64,000 bases of DNA, taken from positions 1,570,730-1,634,729 of the forward strand of contig BDGG01000007.1 in assembly GCA_001949185.1 (NCBI GenBank), read 5' to 3'. How positions within the stretch are numbered: the stretch's first letter is position 1; the number at the start of each line of letters is the position of its first letter. This document shows, piece by piece, positions 1 to 12,320 of the stretch. Below the pieces are notes generated by a model. It was not told the DNA's origin, did not search any database, and worked only from the letters and a program-made list of their open reading frames with translations. The DNA is from Ramazzottius varieornatus. Taxonomy: Eukaryota > Animalia > Tardigrada. A program made the translations under genes and the position numbers.

Positions 1-1305
1 CTCGTGGACGGCTGGTGGCGCAGAAAGAGCTGTACTTGGACCACTGCTTGCAGCGCCATCCCCTGTGGACCGCCTCGTCCCGCCAACCCCACCTGTACAA
101 CACCTCGCAAGTGCTAGCTATCGGCGCCGCCGTCCAACACTGGACCCTCTTTCCGCAGCACAATCACGGTTGGTTCGCACTGGCCAACTTCTAACCCATC
201 CACAAATTACGCGTACTAGCATACGTATGCATGATCATTAAGGATGATATGTGTCATTGATAGGTTTGGAAGTGGCTGTCAGCGTGGTGATGCCGTCGTC
301 ATGGATAAAGGCTAGGTTCAACGCCAGCCATGCCCGCTCTCTTTTCCCTTTTACTCTTGGACCATGGTACTTTGCGGCCAGAAGCAGTGCGGCGCCATGG
401 AGAGGAAACACCGTCGAAGCGCCCTTCAACATCTCCAAGGGGCAGCCCGGCCCGGTTCTCATTTTGTTCATGGACGATGGTCGACCCCGCAACCCCAAAT
501 ACCGCATCGCAGGTAGGCAGTATGGCCAGTAACATTTAGGCCCTTGGGCAAGTCAGACGCCTTTCCTTTCTATTGTAGACTCGGCCAAACAGCAGGAGTT
601 TTTAAAGAGACGGTTGGGACGGCTGGGACAAAGCGACCTGTTTCAAAGCTACAGCGAGGCCGCCGATTTCCAGTGGAACGAAGAGGACAGCAGCGAGGCC
701 AGTGCTGTGCGAGCGCGCAGTCGACGGAGCCGTACATCGGCTCCGGTAACCTCCCAGACCATCTTTATGCTCGGTGGTCCCAAATACAAGGTCAAAGGAC
801 TGAAAGGTCCCTCCCGAAAGTACCCCAAAGTGGTACGTAAAGGCAAGGGTCGAAAGCGCAACCAAAGTCAGGATGGACAGTGTCGTCGTCACCACCTCTT
901 TATATCCTTTGAAGAGATTGGCTGGTTGGTGTACCCTTGCACTTTTTATTTCTATTTCATATTTATCATTGTCTCAACCATGAAAACCTCTTGAAATCAT
1001 TGGTCAATCAAGCTAATCCACGTGTTGTTATTTGCAGGGATAACTGGATCGTGGCTCCCAAAGGCTTCCAAGCGTTTCACTGTCGGGGTACTTGTAACTT
1101 CCCCATCGGACAAGAGTCGAAACCTTCCAATCACGCCACGGTTCTTTCCATTATTAGCCATCTAAAACTACGGAAGAATGTAGCAGCACCCTGCTGCGTA
1201 CCGGAAAAGCTCTATTCCATCAGCCTACTTTTCTTTGATTCGGACAGCAATGTCGTACTGAAACAGTATGATGATATGGTGGCCCAAAGTTGCGCCTGCA
1301 GGTAG
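1..1305 (+). CDS. admp: TGF-beta/BMP family ligand, ADMP-like (5'-partial, spliced)
   Basis: Exons ~<1-168, ~263-512, ~580-924, 1038-1305. Prodomain motif AVQHW..P.HNHG and furin-type site RSRR. Mature domain CRRHHLFISFEEIGW|DNWIVAPKGFQAFHCRGTCNFPIGQ..NHATVLSI..PCCVPEKLYSISLLFFDSDSNVVLKQYDDMVAQSCACR. The FPxGQ, NHATVxSI and VVLKQYDDMVA motifs fit ADMP better than BMP2/4/Dpp. Confidence 0.85.
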
Positions 1306-1611
1306 CCCACTACCATTGGCATAAAGCCTTCCTCCTAACCAAAACATACCAAACAATGAACGCCGATGTTTTCATAGTCTTTATTCTGCTCATGTGTGAC
1401 AATAAAATGTAGTCATAGTCAGCGCAATATTGTCGGTTACTACCTAACCGCGAACCGGTCACAAACTCGAGATACTCGTACGGAAGTGCACCTTCTTTCT
1501 TCATCTGTCGAGGTATAACTACGCATGCGGTTTGACTTGCGCGCGGTCCACATTAATTATGGATTTGGTTAAGCTCCTTCGTTTCAAATCTTTGTTCAAA
1601 AATCTTCTACG

Positions 1612-2679
1612 ATGGCGAATGAGGAAGTAAGCGATGGATCGTACCAGCGGCGCCGGAGCTCCAGTACTAGCATGGTGTCGGAACAGGCTTCACGTCATAA
1701 CTGGCCTTTTCCTCCAGACAGCTCGTGGACGTTCCTTGGAGCTTCTCGTCTTTCTGGTCGCTTGACACTCAATCCACAGCCAGAAGGTCCGCAGGGGCCT
1801 TTACTACGCTCGTTAACGGTCTTGACAGCGATTCGTCATCAATCGCCAGCGCCGGAATCGCAATCTTCCTCAACCTCGTCGGGTTCGCCGATCGACCGCC
1901 CCTTGTTAACCAAGTTTCGCCGCATGTCACCAGTAATGTTACAGCGCCTACAGGTTGATATTGCAGACCCTTTTACCAGGTCCAGGTCGACCGGTAGATT
2001 GCCGGAAGCACACAAGGATTTTCATGAAGCTCGTTCAAGCAGATTAACGGAACCGCGAAGACGAAGAAGAAGTAACCTAAATTACAGGCCTGACAGTCTG
2101 GAAGGCTCTGCCCGGCAGAATGACATACTAGATACTTTTATCCCCTTCCCTTTGGAATCGCAGATCGTGGTTCGTCGGGTGATGAAAGATAGCTACAGCG
2201 GACAGTTTCACATACGGACACATTGGGGAGAAGTGCAGTACGCCCCCATGTTGAAAGGATCTGTCCTTGATGAAACTACCACGGGCCGAGACCTTGACGA
2301 TGAAAGTCCCCCTTCGATGGCCAACCTTAAAGGCATGGAACTGTACGAGGAAACAGGTGAATTAAGTGGCGCAGGGAGAGGCGGGCGGTGGCGACCTCAA
2401 CCTGCTGATGGTGATCAATTGCACAAATCTGTCAACTGGCGCGCTCCCAGTCAACGTCGACCCAAGGCGCCTTCCACAGCCTCAAATTCCTACCCATACT
2501 CCTCCATGTCATCCATCTCTACATCGACCGAGGATTCGCAAACCTCGACCGGTGACCCAGCACACAGCTTTCCCCACAAGCTTTTCGGCACACCCATTGC
2601 CAGTAGTGACTATTCGCAAGCAGCGCTGTCCATCTCGCCCAGCATTCATGGGCAACTCGATATTCTTTACTACGGATAG
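1612..2679 (+). CDS. Intronless orphan ORF, 355 aa, Ser/Arg/Pro-rich, probably largely disordered
   Basis: ATG-initiated 1068-bp uninterrupted ORF after an AT-rich leader; no recognisable domain. Confidence 0.55.
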   Translation: MANEEVSDGSYQRRRSSSTSMVSEQASRHNWPFPPDSSWTFLGASRLSGRLTLNPQPEGPQGPLLRSLTVLTAIRHQSPAPESQSSSTSSGSPIDRPLLTKFRRMSPVMLQRLQVDIADPFTRSRSTGRLPEAHKDFHEARSSRLTEPRRRRRSNLNYRPDSLEGSARQNDILDTFIPFPLESQIVVRRVMKDSYSGQFHIRTHWGEVQYAPMLKGSVLDETTTGRDLDDESPPSMANLKGMELYEETGELSGAGRGGRWRPQPADGDQLHKSVNWRAPSQRRPKAPSTASNSYPYSSMSSISTSTEDSQTSTGDPAHSFPHKLFGTPIASSDYSQAALSISPSIHGQLDILYYG

Positions 2680-2921
2680 TACCTACATAACCCTATCATT
2701 TGAACCAAAATCTTTTCATCGTATTTCCCGTCGAAATGACTATCGAGAAATCGTAATTGGAATTTGTCAGAGGGAAAGCTTTCTCTAAGGAGAAAGGATC
2801 AACGGCTGCCTCGTAAAAGTTCTCTATGCAACAAAAATAAATTTTTTTGAGCGGAACTAAAGAAAGCACGTCGAAATCACAAAACATTGATGCCCAGTGC
2901 TACTCACATCGACCGCACTGG

Positions 2922-5403
2922 TCACTGTGAGCTAGAGTTGCGCTGGGTGGAACGAGCCGTTTCCCACTGGTCCAGATGCTGCAGGACAGCTTTGGTACTA
3001 CGCATGCGGCCATCCATCACTTCGCGGCCTTCGTAGATGCTGTCCAACTCTGCCGCCACCCCGTCCAGCGATAGCCGTAAAGTCTCGTTGCGCTGATCAC
3101 TGACCCACACTTTTCTTTGACCACCTTCTTCAGCCAGTCGTGGCGCCGTCTGCAACAGCCACAACAGCGGGGACCAACGGTCAGCTACTGACATGCCATA
3201 ACCAAAACAAACATGCCATAACCAGGAAGAAAACAGCTGACGATGACTGACCTGCTCAAAGGTGGGCAACGAGTGGCTTTGGCACCATTGGGTGAAGGCG
3301 TAATGCACGGCATCGACAACAGCTGCGTCTTCCGCCTCCTTGTAATACAGGGCCAAGCTCTCTTCGAAAAAGGCTTCCGGCATACACAGCGACATCTGCC
3401 AAGCAAACATGCACATGACCGACCATCCATATGGTACTGACGTAGTAAATTAGATGCTCTTACGGATTTCAGCTCGACCAAATGAGCGGAGGACAAGTCG
3501 TCGTTGTCGAAAAAGTTAACGTGGTCAAACGGATTGCTTGTGCCACAGCCAAAGTCGAAGCTGGAGCGAATGAGGACGACGTCGTCAACCTTGACGTCGC
3601 GCCCCACTTCCCTTGTGGCGGACGCTGCCAGAACGCCACGGATTTGTGCCTACAAAGTAAGACTACCACGTCTCTGTCCTGCGCTACTGCTCACTCCGTC
3701 AAAGGCCAACGTTACCAAATCTTGCAGGGAGGTCAGTTTGAGATGGGTGACGGGGCGTGTTCTGGCTACGAAGCGATAGAGTTGGCGCTTCTGTATACGC
3801 TGAAGAAGATGCCGAGCGCTCTTCAGCTCCTTCAGCTGATAACTGTGCATAATAGAATGGAGGACATAGTCGTCGGTCAGCACCAGGAAATGCTCAACGT
3901 TCTTGACAGCTTCGGACAGTAGGAAGGAAGTCCCGTCAGGGCCGTAGAAGCGCAGATGGGGATCCGCAGTCAGTAAGGCATCGACCAGCATTCGGTCCAG
4001 TAGCGAAGCCACCGGATGCTGGTAAATCTTGCGATGCATCAGACGTCGAGTGTCGAACATCTCCCACAGATCCAACTTCATCTACAACAAGCAATACACC
4101 TGGAGGTAAGTCCAAGTTTGACATGATACTGAACGTGGACTTGCCGTTTGCCGATAGCATATTTGAGCTTGGCCCTTGACCGTCATCACTCGGGCAGCAT
4201 CAGTGATGCGCGAGCGGTTGAAGGCAATCGACACATTGGTATGATATGCATCCCGACACCTGTAGAAAGGATTCGAATTGTCACCATTTCTAGAGACACG
4301 GAAGCTAGCCAGACCGACATGTAATCCCAACGATCCACATCGATGCCATTGCGCTTATTTGCCACAACCTACGAGCACTTTGTTTGAAGCCTCTTTCAAC
4401 TACAGCACCTATCCGCATCCAAACTGCAAAGCAAGATCGATTCTTACCTCAAACAAGAAGGCTTTGTTGGCAGGTCGACCAACAGCCGGAACCCCATGGA
4501 TCAGCTCTTCGACAAAGCACAGGTCAATCTCGCTCAGGCCGTAAAACTCACAAGCTGCTCCCAGGTTATTCTTTTCCATCAGACGACGGAATATCTTCAC
4601 CGACATTTCCTCGTGCTGAAAGTGAAGAAACCATATCAGCCTACTGAAAGACACACTTGGACCAAACTTACATGCCATTCCTCTTCATCCTTTCTAGCTT
4701 CGTGCATGAACTTTTCGAAAGTGTGAGACATGGGACCATGGCCTACAAAGAAAGACAGCCTGACGTCATGATGACATTACCACGCATTACATGACAGCAT
4801 GACAGGAAGCGTTAGCTGCATGGCAGGCCGTGCGGTACCTGTTCTCACGGTGTAGATTGCAGGACGCAGGATCAGACTTGGAATTCAAGCTTACTACGGA
4901 CGCTTACCCAGATCATGGCAAAGTCCGGCCATCGCCACACACAGGATATCCACATCGGTGATGCCCAGTTCCGGTTGTCGATGCTGGATGCCACGGAGGA
5001 ACGTTTCGGCCAAGTGCGATACTCTGCACCCCAAACGGAGATGGAAGAAGCAAGCGCAAGACTATGAAGGAAAGCGGATCCTTCTTACCCGATACAGTGC
5101 TCGAAGCGGGAATGGTTCGCCGAGGGGAACACAACATATCCGAAGCCAAGCATCCGAATGTATCGCAGCCTTTGGAACTCAGGTGAGTCGATCATCTTCA
5201 CCAGCAAGGGGTGCATGAAAATGAGATCATGAATGGTGTCTTGAAAAGCCTGCAGCAGATAGACAGACTCTCTTGAGCTGAGTAGGAAGTAACGAGAAGA
5301 ACATGCGCATCTTTCTGGCACAAACCTTGCTGTCTTGCTTTATCTGAGAGGGGGAAATCACATCCCTTTTGGCCGACACAGGAGAAGATTGTAGCAAGTT
5401 CAT
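2922..5403 (-). CDS. SAMHD1: SAMHD1-like HD-domain dNTP triphosphohydrolase (multi-exon, no obvious SAM domain)
   Basis: Motifs DTIHDLIFMHPLLVKMIDSPEFQRLRYI..FPSANHSRFEH, AGLCHDLG|HGPMSH, DLWEMFDTRRLMHRKIYQHPV, LTDDYV, RIQKRQLY and DFGCGTSNPFDHVNFF spread over exons with plausible splice sites. Confidence 0.92.
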
Positions 5404-6647
5404 GGTGACAGGCTGTCCGAGTTGCAATTGCTAGTTCCGCTGAACGAACGGGAGGGTCTTGCTCGCTTCAGCATCCGGTAACGAAAGTTCCACCAGCTAC
5501 CCGATGGTGGAGCGTTCGTTATGTCACTGTCCTGCTAAATGCGTAACAAAATTTCTCCGGAGATTCGAAGATGGTACTATAGTCGATTTCAATTTTCAGG
5601 AAGGCGAATTAAATTCTAGCGAGGTGTTGACAGTGTTCCGCAGATGAACCCTTACCGAAGTTCCATATGACTTGCCAAAACTGTGAATCATGATGATATG
5701 ATATGAAATCTCGCGGAGCCAGTTGAATTGATTCTTTGAATCAAAGCCTTTTCAAATTGATTTCGGTGTAAGTTTGATTGAGTCGCTTGAGTGACAAGTT
5801 TTTGGCAGGCCAGCAGAACTTATCTCAGCTTCCATGCTTTGGATCATTCCCACTCACTGTAGTGCTGCTGAACCGCGCGTCCATCTGAGACCAACTTGCT
5901 ATAGAATCCGCTTCATCATGATACGGACCGTCCACCAAGATAACGCGCCGACTCCCGCACAAGAGGACTGGGTTCGATTCTGCACAGTTTGCTTTTTGGT
6001 TTTCCAGCAAGCCATAATTGTCACTTCGTAGTGCCTTTTAACCCAAAATGCACGTTCATCAAAGATACACTCCTCTAGCGTAATTATATGGGGGAAAAAG
6101 ATATTTGGCCACAGGCCGAAAGCCGCAACGCTTCGATTGATTGTCAGTTAAGCCGGGAGATACCGCGTTCGGCCGGTGGCCAGAAATTTGTTCGTCGCCA
6201 ATAATTAGGCCAGGCGCGTGTACGAAGCTTGCCTGCAGGCACGCGAACGATGTCATTAAAATAGGAACGAAGTACAGATGGAAGCATAAAGAAAGACCGC
6301 CGGGACGCATCTTGATAGCCCAACCCTGTCCTCTTTGTTTGTCTGACCACCGGGCAACTGCATGTGCGTGCTTGAGGCAGCCGGTTTTGCTGGACTTATC
6401 ATATCACATACAGCCTAGGTGTACAAAGAAGACGGTCTCGACGAAGGCAATTACTTCTCTAGGTCCAGTATCGGTAAACCATACATTCAAAATCGGCCGC
6501 ATAATTTCAAGATGGGTTCACGCGTTTTATGGACTAGAAAATAGCAGGGCCTTATAACTCGAATTACACGATGATTTTCTACTTCTTAATAATTTACGTT
6601 TTTACGTGTGCTAACGCGCTAGTACATGTCCAGTTTTGATCAGTTAG

Positions 6648-7212
6648 ATCAACGTTGGGAGACACGATGATTCTGAGTTTCCCGACTACTTGGAACTCAA
6701 GAGTTTGTGCATCTACACGCATCGTCTTGACGGATACTCCTTGGTAGTATGGGATGCTTTGAACGATGTCTTGCAGTTTCAGATGGACCTATCTGGGCGA
6801 TGAACACAGGAGTTTCTGGTTGTCGACCAGCAGACTAAACAAAGCGAATGTCTCAGGGTACTCGCGATTCAGTCGTGATTGTTTCCTGCAAAATAAGGAC
6901 GGTGAAGCCAATATCGTTGCGATTAACTATGATTTCAAGTTTCAGCGGGACAGAACCTTTTACGACGAAGGACAGTATTATTTGTCAGCTCCACGAACCA
7001 TCCTTCCGGAGCGCATTGTCGATTATGTGATGCACTTCTCTTCCGCCGACTATAACTGCACGCATTTAAATTGCGCACTATACGTCGCGGATTTCATGGC
7101 CGGCGAGAAAAATACCTGCGCCCGCAGCAATAGATATTGGGAAAAATTCGGAATACAGCGTTTGCCAGCATCCAGAAGCACTTTCCACATCGATAAACGA
7201 GGAATACCATGA
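6648..7212 (+). CDS. Unknown protein with a possible permuted papain-like (PPPDE/LRAT-type) His...NC motif; model uncertain, possibly a pseudogene
   Basis: ORF 6766-7212 contains GDEHRSFWL and DYNCTHLNCALY. An upstream coding-like segment (6648-6743) does not join cleanly in frame. Confidence 0.3.
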
Positions 7213-7338
7213 TGGTTTGTTAATAGCCGTTTACTCATTATGTCAACGTGGTATTTTGATTTGAACACAGCGTTTTTAAGACTGTTTCTGTGGATGCCGC
7301 CCAACGCCCGGTGGACTAGATCGATGCGAACAGATGTA

Positions 7339-10300
7339 CAGCTCTTCAAAAATCTGTTCTGCACGGGTTAGGACAACCCCTACGCCGGAAAAGCGGAATT
7401 GTTCTGTAATGGAAGAACAGGATGCCGGAAGAAATGAGCTCGCAAAATCGGCAGAAACGACAAAAGAACAGGCAACTAAAGTGATACCTGCGACATTTGG
7501 GTGTTCCGCTAGCGTGAGTCAGTGAGTTAAGTCAGATCCGTCATCAAAGTGCAACTCCGTATTAAATGTCAATTTCAAGATCTCTGGTTCAAATTTCACA
7601 CGAAAAGTCGTCTTGATTTGTCTCCTGTTCATCTTAAATGTGGTCTCTGTTCTAACAGGCAAGACTGATTCCGGTATCAACGATCCAGGCAGAAATGTTC
7701 GGACAAATTTCGGCTGGGCAGCAGCCGCACATGGGCATCTCTACCTTGGTCGGTATGGCTGAGCAGTCTTTCGACATCTTCCGTCTCACCATCAGGATCT
7801 TTTTGCCTCCTACATAAAGAACAAAGACAGATCGGAATGGTTAGCTTACCGTCCGACAGATGGCGCCATGTGTTGTTACCATTGCTTCGACGACTGGGCT
7901 CACCATCCTCAGGACAAATCCGTCCGCCGCAAAACCTGGTGTAATCTTTTTGGGGTCTACGCGAACCCAAGTACTCCTGCGGCAGACAGGCAGAAAGTCC
8001 TTCGGGATAAAGTCCTTCGGCATGAGAAAACACCCACACACACCATGTGCACCAAGAGAGATAAAGTGATGAAAGAAACACAGTTCGCGGATCTCTGGGT
8101 GGTTGACGAAACCATAAGGTTGGAGCTAAGCAGGAAATATGCCTCCACTGTTAAAGTGTCCGATCTACACTGAAGCCTATTCCTACGTATTGATCGCCTA
8201 TCTTATTCATCTCATGCGGAATTTATAAACGCAGTTAAATGATACGGCGTCGATATGAGAAACTCGCACATGTCGCGGTGGGTAGCTGGAAAAATCGCGA
8301 CTCGTATCAGCGTGAATATGCGCTGTATGATGGTGGAATGGCTGACGAAGACAGCCATATTCCGGTGTGATGATCGACGAGTCCACTGACCGTGGTGGCT
8401 CGCAGAACCTCATCATATACATTCGCGGCGAGATCGACGGAGACTCAGTGTCGTTCTTTTGGGGACTAGTCAAGTTGAGAAAGACCACGAGCGCTGCAGA
8501 CATCACTGACGCACTACTGGACGATTTAAACGCGTCGCAGTCCAATAACTGGTTGGGTCTTAAGCGAGACTACATGGTCAGGAAGTGGGCTGGGTTCGCA
8601 ACTGACGGTGCGTCGGCAAAAACCGGACTTAACGGAGTGGCTAACAGACTTGCGGAGCAATTCCCACTCATAGTTTCCATTCACTGCGTTGCTCATCGTC
8701 TACAGCTCACTGTTGTCGACACAGTAAAAAAGACAAGCTCTCTCATCAAATTTGAGGATGCATTCCGTGATATTTACTCGTACTACTCCAGGTAAGAAAA
8801 GTGGTAGCACAATCTTTCCGACTGCTTCCATGTAGAAGATTGGTGTACACTGTTTACCGAGCTGGCTCACGAACTTACGAATACGCACAGAAACACAGCA
8901 ATGCCTTTGTTTTTTGAAATATGGTCCGACATGAGCCGCTGAGACCTGACCGTGTCAAATCCGTACTTGGTTTGCATGCAAGACATGAAAGGACAGAAGC
9001 TACTCGACCAACCGCTAGCGACAGCGTCATTTCCCCCTGTGATTCACTAGTCGCTTGACCATTATACAGTGTATGTGGGCGATGCGCTGCCCTTTACTGT
9101 TGAGTTACCTAGTTGCCGAATTTACAACTAGCTAAGGAGAGGCGCACAGCTTTATTATAGCCGGTGACTTATCTGCACATGCAATGGTCTGGGGATCGAT
9201 TACGCATACGACTCCTTCGCCCATTATGGAATTGCCTACCGCACAGTAGTTGACCGTAAATTTAGAGTTAAAGGAGTAAGACCGTAGCGGACATCCCTGT
9301 GTGTTTGGCGTCCATCATTAACGATGGCCACGCCGCACTTCGCATAGCACAGCACAGGCTTCTGGTTTATTCAATGATGGAGGAATAGTCAAAGACCGCC
9401 GTATTGTGTCCTCATTCAGCTATGGAAACTAAGTACATACGGTGGAAGTAATGTACGCTATCGTTTAATGCCGATTGTGCATCTGATGAGCTACCCTTCT
9501 GCTGGTCCCCCAAAGCCACAAGAAGACTTCAAAGCGTAATGGATCTTCTGGACCAAGATTTCTTGCAGCCCAAAAAGCTTCTAGAGATCCGGTGCGTAGC
9601 GTCAAAGCAGGCCGCGATACGAGCGCTTATTCGCGACTACAACGGACTTCTTAGACATTGGTGAGGCCTTCACCTTGGCTGCTGAAGGTGGAAAGCTCGG
9701 TTGACCAACCTCTACAGTTTTATCACATCAACTCAGTTCCTCCTAACTCTTTACTTTCTTCAAGATCTCCTCGCTGAGCTATCCTAGTTATCGGCGAGGT
9801 TCCGGAGAGAAGATTACCGAGTTTTCGACATACATGACACCCTGGAAGAGTTCGTCAAGGTTCTAGGCAGTTGGGAGCATAACGAGTCACCGTCTATCCC
9901 GGCGCTGAAGGACAAACTCAAGTTCCAACATGACCTAGTCTTCGTTCAGGAGCGTCCAGAAACAATCGGTACACCAGTTAAGGTAAGAACGGTAAGAAAC
10001 AATTAAACGTGCCGATAACATCAAATATAGGAAAAGCTTTTCCTCCTTTTGTTTTCACTCTAGACTATACGGCTCTCCGCAAGGAGTCCGTGGACCTACT
10101 GCAAAATGTTTTCATATTCTCCAACTTGCGTTTCCCCGAAACGAGACACTTCCGGGTGTTCCAGTTGAACAAAATTCCTCGCGAGAGCGGACGCTAAGGC
10201 TATACTTACAGACAAGTGCTGGCCCGATACTTTGGATTCAACCTTCTTACCGTCCTAGCACAGTGGACCAAGTTCAAAGCAGAGTTTACAACAAAATGCA

Positions 10301-10886
10301 AGCCAGTCTACTACAAAAAACGCCATTCCCATGCACAACATTCTGTGTGGAAGACACATCGTCTTTGAAGAGGAAGACTCGGAGCTGGAACAGCTGTTTG
10401 TTGTCGCTTCCGTACTTCCGGTCAGTACGGCCATTTGCGAACGAGGTTTCTCCATCCAGAATGTAATCAAAACTGTACGTCGAACTCGACTGAACGAACG
10501 ACGCTTGGACGCGCTCATGCGGATAGCCATAAACGAGCCGCCATCAGGAGAGATGGATCAAAAAATCATAATGTCATGGGTACGGTCTGGTAATTTTCCT
10601 TCTGAGTGGAATCCACCCCAAGCAAGCGCCGCTGATAGTGAGGATCTCGAAGAAATAGACTGGCAGCAGATACTGACGCGATGTCCAGACAGCATGCATT
10701 ACTCTAACATTATACGCGACGAGGTAAGAGTTTTTTGGCCGTATTTGTTCATCTAAAGACAACTGACAGTCTGTGAGGCATTGTGCCTCTCCTTGTAGAG
10801 AGAAGCAGGATCGGAGCATCACCCAGATCATCAGACATAATATGGAAATCCGAAACGATGAAATTCTGGAGATTTGTTAAGAGCTG
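7339..10886 (+). mobile_element. Decayed hAT DNA transposon (ZNF862-like transposase pseudogene)
   Basis: N-terminal W..CxxC..H..H zinc finger (~7840-8050), IDESTD, FATDGAS, HCVAHRLQL, and STAICERGFS..IKT..RTRL (hAT dimerisation domain), with frameshifts and stops. Candidate TIRs: CAGCTCTTCAAAAATCT (7339) and AGATTTGTTAAGAGCTG (ends 10886), 15/17 match. No TSD seen, so the ends are tentative. Confidence 0.8.
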
Positions 10887-10909
10887 TTTCCATAATGAAA
10901 GCCTGCTTA

Positions 10910-11351
10910 TCAGTGAAAGCATTGCACATATTGGTATTGATCGTCCGCATCCAAGCTTGGAAGTTCTGGATCCAGGCCTTGTTGATCGATCTCATCCGCA
11001 TCCTCCATGTCAGCGAGGTTAAATTCGCGCGTTGGCTCCGCAGTCAGCGGCAAGTCTCCGAGTGGCCACTCGAGATACTTTTGAGCGACTTGTTTTTGAT
11101 CGATTCGGTACCCTTTATGGACATTGGTTAGGGTGAGTCCGTTCAGGCGATCGTTGCCCATACGTGAAACGAAGGTAATTCTTCTCAATCCTCAACGTTG
11201 AGAAGGAATGTTCGCCTGTTGCAGAAGTGACGGGGGTAACGGCAAAGATCTCCATGAAAGAGTAGACGTCGCTGAAGCGCTCCGTGTACAAGTTGCTAAT
11301 AAAATACTTCAGTGTGTTGCTTACAGTCTTAGAGAAACGCGTTTCTATCAC
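10910..11351 (-). pseudogene. C-terminal fragment of a second hAT transposase (ZMYM1-like)
   Basis: IFAVTPVTSATGEHSFSTLR..KNYLR followed, after a frameshift, by MGNDRLNGLTL..VH: the hAT C-terminal dimerisation motif. Confidence 0.75.
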
Positions 11352-12203
11352 CTGAAAAAGATTAATCTTTAATCCAGAAACAACGATTGTTAATAATGGG
11401 AATAATACACAAAATGACGTGGACCTTTTCAGCTTTATAAATGCGATTATCTGTATGTAAATTATGCCATGGGACTTCTGAAAGTGCTTGCCAATAAGAA
11501 ACGAACGCGGATTTGACCGAGTAATTCAAGCCTCTTGGACAGAAAAATTTGTAATGAGTACCTATGCAGTATCTGCTTCGCTCTGTGGAACCGAACTTGT
11601 CATGCTGAAGCGTTCAGCTCGATCCATTACACAAGATTTTTCTGCTTTAGGTTCGTTCGTTTTGTATTTGGGCGAACGATATAAGAGCTCTTGTCAAACA
11701 TAATAAAATTGTCGACCCACATTTCCTTAGGTTGTCATACTGAATAGTATCGATGTTAGTGGGACGGTTCCAGATGTTCAGTGAAGTTTATGAGCGTCGG
11801 TATTGCTCATTATCGCTTGTCGCTTAACGCGTAACATAAAGATGCGCAGTGCTGTTGTTGATAAGTTTAATTATTTACGGGAAACCTAACCCTATAATAC
11901 CATGATCATGATTATAAGCACAGAAGGCTCCACTGAGACACTATACCGTTTGGGAATAGTCGATAGGTCATTAAAGTGTAGTTAACCGTCAGATCGGCTC
12001 GATTGTCTTTTCCTACACCTCAGGAACCATGTACTATCGACCTGCATCAAGACACTGAAGAATCCAATTTTTTTCTTCCCATTGGTCGAGAAAATGATGA
12101 AGCATATCCAGCTTACCTCTTCTGCACAAATTGAATTCAATCCTGGGAACCCATGCGAGGACCACTACGATGTACAAAACACATCACTGTACAGTTTCCC
12201 CCC

Positions 12204-12320
12204 TAATGATGAGCATTACATTTTACATGACAATTACACTTTTACACGACATTACAACCGCTAGGAACTTGTAATGTAAAATACAGATGTAAAAGTGTAA
12301 TTAAAAGTGTACTGTAAAGT
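12204..12320. repeat. TTACA-rich dispersed repeat fragment (MITE end), same family as 55045-55483
   Basis: TAATGATGAGCATTACATTTTACATGACAATTACACTTTTACACGACATTACAACC aligns with ~55045-55120. Confidence 0.6.

Noticed and set aside
1612-2679. Possible pinhead gene next to ADMP
   Set aside because: Pinhead is a Cys-rich secreted protein; this ORF has no Cys and no signal peptide.
5732-5740. TTCTTTGAA, a STAT (GAS)-like site upstream of SAMHD1
   Set aside because: A single degenerate 9-mer is expected by chance; there is no support for a JAK-STAT/SAMHD1 regulatory link.
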